Source: a virus
Taxonomy: Duplodnaviria; Caudoviricetes
DNA: 64,000 nt
Reading direction: 5' to 3' (one strand)
IMG/VR virus record: IMGVR_UViG_3300038530_003247
Coordinates: 1 to 64,000 of that record
Positions 57,627 through 64,000 of the stretch are shown here, piece after piece. Within the stretch, counting starts at the first letter, position 1; each line of letters opens with the position of its first letter. The notes under the pieces were generated by a model. That model was not told the origin of the DNA. It did no database searches and worked only from the letters and a program-made list of their open reading frames with translations. Made by a program: the position numbers and the translations under genes.

Positions 57627-58328
57627 ATGCAATTCGCCAAACAAATTGATCACGTTGAAGAAATTGAACTTTGTAAGAAGGCACAACAAGGAGGAGATGA
57701 GGGTGAGAGGGCTAAGAGTGTAGTGGTCAATGCCAATCTTGGTTTGGTTGCTCACATCGCAAAGAAGAACTATTACAAGAACGATCAATATTCTTTTGAC
57801 GATCTCTTCCAAGAAGGAGTGTTTGGTCTTGTTCGTGCAATCGAAAAGTTCGATCCAACAGAAGGTTGTAGGTTCTCAACTTATTCTTATTACTGGATCT
57901 ATGCTTTCGTTAGTAGGTTTAAGAATAATAACAGGGGAAGCATTCGTCTCCCTCTTCATGTGACCGATAAGATGAGGAGTCTTGAGAAGAAAGACAAGGT
58001 TGCTTTTGAGGAATATAAATCGAAGATCCCTGTGGTGGTCTCTCTGAACAAGATGATTGGTGATTCTACTTCTATCTTGGACTTGATATCTGATGAAGAT
58101 GAAACAAATATTCTTGACCGAATCGATAACGAACTTCTGATGGAACAAATCAAAGAACTTCTTTCTGAGAAAGAGTTTGATGTCCTTTGTAATCGTTATG
58201 GTCTTGAGGGACGAGAGCAGAAGACTCACCGTGAATGTGCCAAGATTTATGGAGTCTCCCACACCGCAGTTTATCTGATTGAGAAGAAGGCTTTTGAGAA
58301 AATTAGGAAAACATTTGCCACTAAATAA
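57627..58328 (+). CDS. Sigma70-family RNA polymerase sigma factor (233 aa)
   Basis: Region 2 ANLGLV...DLFQEG.FGL.RAIEKFDP..G.RFSTY; region 4 helix-turn-helix. Confidence 0.92.
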   Translation: MQFAKQIDHVEEIELCKKAQQGGDEGERAKSVVVNANLGLVAHIAKKNYYKNDQYSFDDLFQEGVFGLVRAIEKFDPTEGCRFSTYSYYWIYAFVSRFKNNNRGSIRLPLHVTDKMRSLEKKDKVAFEEYKSKIPVVVSLNKMIGDSTSILDLISDEDETNILDRIDNELLMEQIKELLSEKEFDVLCNRYGLEGREQKTHRECAKIYGVSHTAVYLIEKKAFEKIRKTFATK

Positions 58329-58358
58329 TAAAAACACTGAGTGTAAGTGTAGTAAGTG

Positions 58359-59594
58359 ATGAAAAGTTTTCTGAATTTCTTCTCCGAAGCTAGGGTTACC
58401 CGTGCTGCACAAGAGGCAAAGAAGAGAGGTTTAACATATAAGGATGGTTATTGGGTAAACAGATCTGGTAAAAGGATCGCGAGAACAGAGGATGGAGAGC
58501 TCAAGTTGCTCTCAAATAGAGAAGCTGCACAGGAAGAAGAACCCACTCAAGGAAAGGAAAAAGAAGAAGATCAACAAGTTCAGAGTTCTGGTGAAGAAGG
58601 GGAAGAGACTCCTAAGAAGACTGAGGAGAAAGATGTAACGATTGTGTTTGGGAGATTCAATCCTCCTACAATCGGACACAAGTTGGTTCTCGATAAAGCT
58701 TCATCTCTTCCTGGAGATTATGTGGTTTACCCTTCGAGATCAAATGATCCTCAGAAGAATCCTCTTGATCCTTCTGAGAAGACGGAAATGATGAAGAAGA
58801 TGTTTCCCAAACATGCTAGTTCTATTGTTAATGATGATAGCATAAGGACAATCTTTGATGCTCTTAAAGTTGCAGATGATCAGGGATATACAAATGTAAA
58901 TATCGTTGTCGGTTCCGATAGAATCTCTGAGTTCGATTCGTTGGCTCAGAAGTATAACGGAGAGATGTATAACTTTGAAGAGATCAACACGATCTCTGCT
59001 GGTGAAAGAGATGAAGAAGAGTCTGGTGTTGGTGGAATGTCAGCATCCAAGATGAGAAAGGCTGCAGCCGAAGATGATTTTGACTCTTTCAGGAAAGGAA
59101 TTCCAGAAGAAATGGATGACAAAGATGTTAGATCTTTGTTGAATCTTCTGAGAAAGAGAATGAATGTCACAGAAGGTTGGAACTTGTGGGAGATTGCTCC
59201 TAAGTTTGATTGGAAGAATCTTCGTGAGAATTATGTAACTGGTAAGATCTTCAATCTTGATCAAATTGTAGAGAGTCTGAAAACAGGTTTGATCGGAAAG
59301 GTAATCAGAAGAGGAACTAATTATCTGATCTGTGTGACAGAAGAGGATGTCATGTTCAAGTCTTGGATTCGTGATCTCAAAGAATACACTGAGGTCAAGA
59401 TGGAACGTAAGATGAGAACAAAGAATAAGCCAAACACTCTTGAGGGAACTGGTGGTTACTTTAAGAACGTAGCTGCAATTACCCCTGGATTTGAGAAAGG
59501 TGATAAGACCAACCTCCAACCAGGTGGTAAGCCTTACAAAGGGTATCAGAAACAAACAGTCAAGGAATTCATAAATAGGTTTAGGAAAAATTAA
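58359..59594 (+). CDS. HxGH-superfamily nucleotidyltransferase (cytidylyltransferase-like)
   Basis: FGRFNPPTIGH, VGSDR and MSASKMR motifs; TAAATA at 58322. Confidence 0.85.
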   Translation: MKSFLNFFSEARVTRAAQEAKKRGLTYKDGYWVNRSGKRIARTEDGELKLLSNREAAQEEEPTQGKEKEEDQQVQSSGEEGEETPKKTEEKDVTIVFGRFNPPTIGHKLVLDKASSLPGDYVVYPSRSNDPQKNPLDPSEKTEMMKKMFPKHASSIVNDDSIRTIFDALKVADDQGYTNVNIVVGSDRISEFDSLAQKYNGEMYNFEEINTISAGERDEEESGVGGMSASKMRKAAAEDDFDSFRKGIPEEMDDKDVRSLLNLLRKRMNVTEGWNLWEIAPKFDWKNLRENYVTGKIFNLDQIVESLKTGLIGKVIRRGTNYLICVTEEDVMFKSWIRDLKEYTEVKMERKMRTKNKPNTLEGTGGYFKNVAAITPGFEKGDKTNLQPGGKPYKGYQKQTVKEFINRFRKN

Positions 59595-59602
59595 GATCTA
59601 AC

Positions 59603-60313
59603 ATGAATAACCAAAAAAGAATGTCAGAGGATTATTCTGACTGGAGAAGTGACCTGATTGAAGTCAGTGGTTATTCCTATGCTGACAAAGCTGATGTCGT
59701 TCCGACTAAAGGAAAGAAGAGTGAAGAGAGAGATAAGGAAATCACAGTCAAGAAGATCAACAATAAGATTCTAATTAATCCAAACATGAGAGAGGAGTTT
59801 GCTTCGATCGGTGCGGAAGTCATTGAAGTTTCTGAGATCGATGAAAAGATCAACATGAGAACGGCAGATGTTGGAGAGGTTGTTAAGGATTTCTATAAGT
59901 CTGATGCTCCTCAGTTCAAAGGCAAGTCAAAAGAGAAGAGACGCCAGATGGCGATCGCTGCTAAACTTGAAGCCGAGGAACAGAATGAGGAGTTCACTGT
60001 TGATGATGTGATTGAGTTTCTCGTTACTGAGGGTTATGTTTGGGACCGTGATGGTGCTGAGAAGATGCTTGAGGAAGCTTCTGAAACAGAACTGGAACTG
60101 GTTGTTGAAACATTCATCAAAGAGGGTCTTTCTATTGATGATCAGATGAAAATGGCTCGCGAGGCAGCAAAGAAGAGAAATCCCAATCCTGATCACAAGG
60201 CAATTCGTGCCAAGATGATGAAGAAACCTCTTCCTAAGGACACCAGAACAGATGCCCAGAAGATGACTGACGCAACTGGACCTCGTCCTGGTTCCCGTTA
60301 CAGAGGTGATTGA
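59603..60313 (+). CDS. Late hypothetical protein, probable head-internal protein
   Basis: Alternating acidic and basic modules. Confidence 0.6.
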   Translation: MNNQKRMSEDYSDWRSDLIEVSGYSYADKADVVPTKGKKSEERDKEITVKKINNKILINPNMREEFASIGAEVIEVSEIDEKINMRTADVGEVVKDFYKSDAPQFKGKSKEKRRQMAIAAKLEAEEQNEEFTVDDVIEFLVTEGYVWDRDGAEKMLEEASETELELVVETFIKEGLSIDDQMKMAREAAKKRNPNPDHKAIRAKMMKKPLPKDTRTDAQKMTDATGPRPGSRYRGD

Positions 60314-60342
60314 TAAATAACTAAAGATATTTGGTAACTATT

Positions 60343-60519
60343 ATGTGGGAACTCTTTCTTCCTTTTGCGCGTTCTGTCGCTTTGCACCTCATTGATTCTC
60401 CGAAGATCAAACTTTTGGTTGTAGAACTCCTTGAGCAACTGGCATTACGCACCGATAACAAACTCGATGACCTCGCTGTCGCTCAGGTTCGTAAAGCCTT
60501 GATCGAAGAAGAGGAATGA
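60343..60519 (+). CDS. Small hypothetical protein
   Basis: TAAATA at 60314; followed by a terminator. Confidence 0.6.
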   Translation: MWELFLPFARSVALHLIDSPKIKLLVVELLEQLALRTDNKLDDLAVAQVRKALIEEEE

Positions 60520-60524
60520 TAACA

Positions 60525-60555
60525 ATGGGGGGACATCTTATGTGTCCCCATTTTT
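60525..60555 (+). terminator. Intrinsic terminator
   Basis: GGGGACA...TGTCCCC followed by a T run. Confidence 0.7.
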
Positions 60556-60597
60556 ATAAATATTCATTAGCACAGAAATTCTACTAAGGGCAAAGAC

Positions 60598-61107
60598 ATG
60601 GCACTTTGGGGCAATAACGACAATGTGACTTCTACCGGAACGGTCTCATTGAATTATGATACTGGTGTAGTCACTGGTTCCGGAACCACATTCGTAACTG
60701 ACCTTGCAGCGGGACAGGTAATTCGCTTTGGTACTAGAGACAATGTTTATTTCGGTGACGCTGTAATTACTGGTATTACTAGTGCCACTCTTCTTACCAT
60801 TGGTAGTACCGCTGGTTTGAGTGGAGCAGCTATCGCATCCACAGACTTCCAGGTAAGTGAACTTCCTAAGTCCTCGGTTCTGGATTCTACTTTCAGTGAG
60901 GTCAACAGCGACTTCGACAAGTATATGTACGGTGTCGCCGCTGAGGAAGTTTCCGATTCTGCTGGTGGACAATTTGAAACCGGTGCTGGTTGGGTTGGTG
61001 TTACTACTTACATGGATAATCACGGAAATCTCAGAGTGAAGAAGGAAATTATGGTTGCGATGTCTGGAATCACAACTGGTAATACTCCTCTCTATCCTCC
61101 TGCTTGA
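60598..61107 (+). CDS. Probable virion structural protein
   Basis: TATAAATA at 60555; Thr/Gly-rich, MALWG start. Confidence 0.6.
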   Translation: MALWGNNDNVTSTGTVSLNYDTGVVTGSGTTFVTDLAAGQVIRFGTRDNVYFGDAVITGITSATLLTIGSTAGLSGAAIASTDFQVSELPKSSVLDSTFSEVNSDFDKYMYGVAAEEVSDSAGGQFETGAGWVGVTTYMDNHGNLRVKKEIMVAMSGITTGNTPLYPPA

Positions 61108-61114
61108 TATGTAA

Positions 61115-61507
61115 ATGTTTTTCACTGAATTGAATGAGGAGAACTTTCTCCTCTTTGCTATTAAAAATTATGAGAACCCTCAGGCAGTGACCAAAGAGGA
61201 CTTTGAAAAGGATTTAAATCATTTCAAGTACATCAAAAGGTTACTTAAGAGATATAAAAACAATGGTGAGTTGAGATCTCACTTGTTGATCAACCACTTT
61301 ATTGTTCTTTACAATATTTTTGGTGAGGCAACTACACCAATGCTTTTTTATAAACTTGAGAATAATCTCTGGCCTGTCATTAAGACATTTGTTGTCTTTC
61401 TTGACAGACTTCCTGACTATCCTCGTACATACATCCATGAAATTGAGATGGATGAACAATGTCTAAAAGAACTGGAGAGAATTACAGATGGAAAAGTCAA
61501 AGATTGA
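61115..61507 (+). CDS. Hypothetical protein
   Basis: Clean ORF in the late run upstream of g61. Confidence 0.7.
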   Translation: MFFTELNEENFLLFAIKNYENPQAVTKEDFEKDLNHFKYIKRLLKRYKNNGELRSHLLINHFIVLYNIFGEATTPMLFYKLENNLWPVIKTFVVFLDRLPDYPRTYIHEIEMDEQCLKELERITDGKVKD

Positions 61508-61805
61508 CAAGGTCATCAATGCATTTAGAAATGCAATGTATCAAGAGTTCAGTGTTGAAGATAGTGTCAACGAGGAAGGAATGGTAGCGAACCCTCCTGG
61601 GGGAAGTGGTGGATTCAGTGGGTCGTCTCCTGCTCCCGGCCCTACGGCTGGTTTTGATCCAGTTATGAAAATGGATGGTCGAAGGAAGTATGTCAAGAGA
61701 TATCTTGAGAAGCTTTCGAGAGACAGAGAAAAAAGAGCAGAGAGAAAAAGAAAAAAAGAAGCTTCGAAGTTCAACCCATTCTTTACGACCGATGGACGAA
61801 AATGA
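61488..61805 (+). CDS. Hypothetical protein
   Basis: Acidic N-terminus, Gly/Pro middle, basic C-terminus. Confidence 0.6.
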   Translation: MEKSKIDKVINAFRNAMYQEFSVEDSVNEEGMVANPPGGSGGFSGSSPAPGPTAGFDPVMKMDGRRKYVKRYLEKLSRDREKRAERKRKKEASKFNPFFTTDGRK

Positions 61806-62202
61806 TGTCCCAGTAAGAATAGCTGTATCAGAACAAAGGATCAAGGATCTCAATGTTGTGGTGGTTAGGGTAAACACTGCAATTGAAAAACTGAGTGAGG
61901 TAAATACATCAGTTAGCAGAATGCTTGCCCTCCATGAAGAGCGTATATCGAAACAAGAAGAGATTGACTCTATACTATTTGCAAAGATTGACCAACTCCG
62001 CGATAAAACTGACGAGCATCATAACAATCTCTTGCAAAGAGTTTATCAATTAGAGCGAAAGGTTTGGACAGCCTTTGGTGTTGCAGTTACTATTGCATTC
62101 TTTGTTTCAAATTACGCAGACTTTTTTGAAAAGTTCACCCCCACCAACTTGACCCCGTCTCACAACTCAGTTATCATTGAGAAGACTAGCCGTGACATTT
62201 GA
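61792..62202 (+). CDS. Coiled-coil protein with C-terminal membrane helix
   Basis: Heptad pattern followed by VWTAFGVAVTIAFFV. Confidence 0.65.
   Translation: MDENDVPVRIAVSEQRIKDLNVVVVRVNTAIEKLSEVNTSVSRMLALHEERISKQEEIDSILFAKIDQLRDKTDEHHNNLLQRVYQLERKVWTAFGVAVTIAFFVSNYADFFEKFTPTNLTPSHNSVIIEKTSRDI
62149..62177 (+). promoter_or_regulatory. Early promoter of g61-nrdA
   Basis: TTGACC-17 nt-TATCAT. Confidence 0.6.
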
Positions 62203-63200
62203 TGGATTATATTGATGTTAAGTACATCAACCTTCTTTCTCCAAGACTTGAGAGGTTCAAGAAGGTAAAACCAAATCTCTATAATTGCAGATGTCCCCTT
62301 TGTGGAGATTCCAAAAGGAACAAGACAAAGGCAAGGGGTTACTTCTACCAGGTAAAGAATAATACAAACTACAAGTGTCACAACTGTGGAGTTAACATCT
62401 CTCTTAGCAATATGTTGAAAGAGGTGGACCCTGTTATGCAAAAAGAATATATCTTTGAGAAATTTAAAGAGACAGGTACAGGTTCTTCAACAAAAAGACC
62501 TGAGGATATCCTTTCTCAATTGAAGTCATCTAAACCTCAATTCAAGAAGAAGGTAATGGTAGAAGAGTTCAAGGATTTGAAAAAAGCATTCGAGGTTGAT
62601 GTGTCTCGTCATTACCTTGAGTCAAGGGCAATCAACTCCGGTGAGTTTTACTTTGTTGAAAACTTTAAGGAGTTTATCAACACCCTCAAGCCAGGAACAT
62701 TTAATGATACTATATTTGGTGAACCGAGAATTGTGATTCCTCTTGTTAGGAATGACAAACTAATCGGAGTTCAGGGGAGAGCTGTATCCTCCAACCCTGT
62801 TAAATACTTAACCATCATGTTTGATGAAGATGCACCAAAAATCTATGGGCTTGATAGAGTTGATCGAAAGCTTCCCATCTTTGTCGTCGAAGGACCGTTC
62901 GACAGCACTTTCCTCCCTAATAGTGTGGCTCTGTGTGGTAGTGACGGTGAAGTTGGTGATCTTGAGGGAAGCGATATTGTTTTTGTTTATGATAATGAGC
63001 CTCGTAACAAAGAAATTGTTAGAAGAATCGGAGACACAATTGAGGGAGGAGGAAAGGTCGTCATCTGGCCACCCAACATAACTCAGAAAGATATCAATGA
63101 CATGGTCCTCTCTGGACATAATGTGGTTGAAGTTGTGAACCAGAACATTTATGAAGGGCTTCAAGCAAAACTTAAATTTACAAATTGGAAAAGAGTATGA
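62202..63200 (+). CDS. g61: DNA primase
   Basis: CPLCGDS...CHNC zinc finger; EGPFD and YDNE TOPRIM motifs. Confidence 0.96.
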   Translation: MDYIDVKYINLLSPRLERFKKVKPNLYNCRCPLCGDSKRNKTKARGYFYQVKNNTNYKCHNCGVNISLSNMLKEVDPVMQKEYIFEKFKETGTGSSTKRPEDILSQLKSSKPQFKKKVMVEEFKDLKKAFEVDVSRHYLESRAINSGEFYFVENFKEFINTLKPGTFNDTIFGEPRIVIPLVRNDKLIGVQGRAVSSNPVKYLTIMFDEDAPKIYGLDRVDRKLPIFVVEGPFDSTFLPNSVALCGSDGEVGDLEGSDIVFVYDNEPRNKEIVRRIGDTIEGGGKVVIWPPNITQKDINDMVLSGHNVVEVVNQNIYEGLQAKLKFTNWKRV

Positions 63201-64000
63201 GTAACGGTACAAAGGTTAAGAAGAGAGACGGAAGAATTGAGTCTCTCGATCTCGAAAAGATGCACCTCATGGTTCAGGAAGCATGTGAGGGACTGGCTGG
63301 AGTTTCTGCATCTCAGGTTGAGATGACATCTGGAATCCAGTTTTATGATGGGATTACAACTTCTGAGATTCAGGAGATTTTGATCAAGAGTGCCAGTGAC
63401 TTGATTGATTTGGAAAACCCAAACTATCAGTTTGTTGCTGCTCGTCTTCTTCTATTCTCTGTTCGTAAACAACTTTATGGACGCAGGAGTCAACTCCCCA
63501 ATCTGATTGATCACATCACTTCTTTGGCTTATCAGGATCTTTATGATAAGGACATCTTCAATCATTACTCAAAAGAAGAGATTGAAAAGGTTGGTGGTTG
63601 GGTCGACCACTCAAGAGATTTCCTGTTTACTTACGCTGGATTGAGACAAGTTGTTGATAAGTATCTCGTTCAGGACAGGAGCACTGGGGAGGTCTATGAA
63701 ACTCCACAGTTCATGTACATCATGATTGCTTTGACCATCTTTAAGAATTATCCCAAAGAGACACGACTTTCTTACATCAGAAGGTACTACGATGCAATCT
63801 CAAAGCACAAAATCAACATCCCCACACCAATCATGGCGGGTGTCAGAACTCCCCTCCGTCAGTTTGCGTCTTGTGTTCTGGTTGATGTTGATGACACCCT
63901 GGACAGTATTTTTAGTTCTGATATGGCCATTGGCCGTTATGTCGCACAAAGGGCTGGTATCGGTATCAACGCTGGGAGGATTCGTGGGATCAACGCTAAG
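63197..64000 (+). CDS. nrdA: Class Ia ribonucleotide reductase alpha subunit; 3' end lies beyond the window
   Basis: ATP cone VKKRDG; ETPQF and PTPIMAGVRTPLRQFASC motifs. Confidence 0.95.
   Translation, partial: MSNGTKVKKRDGRIESLDLEKMHLMVQEACEGLAGVSASQVEMTSGIQFYDGITTSEIQEILIKSASDLIDLENPNYQFVAARLLLFSVRKQLYGRRSQLPNLIDHITSLAYQDLYDKDIFNHYSKEEIEKVGGWVDHSRDFLFTYAGLRQVVDKYLVQDRSTGEVYETPQFMYIMIALTIFKNYPKETRLSYIRRYYDAISKHKINIPTPIMAGVRTPLRQFASCVLVDVDDTLDSIFSSDMAIGRYVAQRAGIGINAGRIRGINAK

Noticed and set aside
1-64000. tRNA or rRNA genes, transposases, integrases
   Set aside because: None recognised by eye; a tRNAscan-SE or Infernal run would be needed to exclude them formally.

Overview
This 64 kb window comes from a T4-like cyanomyophage (Kyanoviridae-type, probably infecting marine Synechococcus). 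It starts inside a tail-fibre gene, followed by the g17-g23 morphogenesis block. A roughly 13 kb accessory island then separates g23 from g3 and carries a moron, an envelope-protein module, psbA, psbD, gnd-ptox-ndhP-zwf and hli. The replication/recombination block follows (uvsY/W, g55, g47/46, vWA-cobS, g45, speD, an M20 amidohydrolase, g44/62, regA, hsp20, a split g43, uvsX, g41, mazG). The window ends with a late cluster of probable head-internal proteins, g61 and the 5' part of nrdA. The strongest leads are: (1) a 677-aa late protein with probable gp21 cleavage sites and a Cas9-like HNH motif, next to a DNA methyltransferase and an extra sigma70-family factor; (2) modular polyprotein-like head cargo; (3) a DNA polymerase split by three intervening genes; (4) an ndhP missed by the ORF track, inside a gnd-ptox-ndhP-zwf operon; (5) a perfect RpaB HLR1 site in the psbD promoter; and (6) two insertion scars. 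All calls come from motif recognition by eye; no database searches were run.
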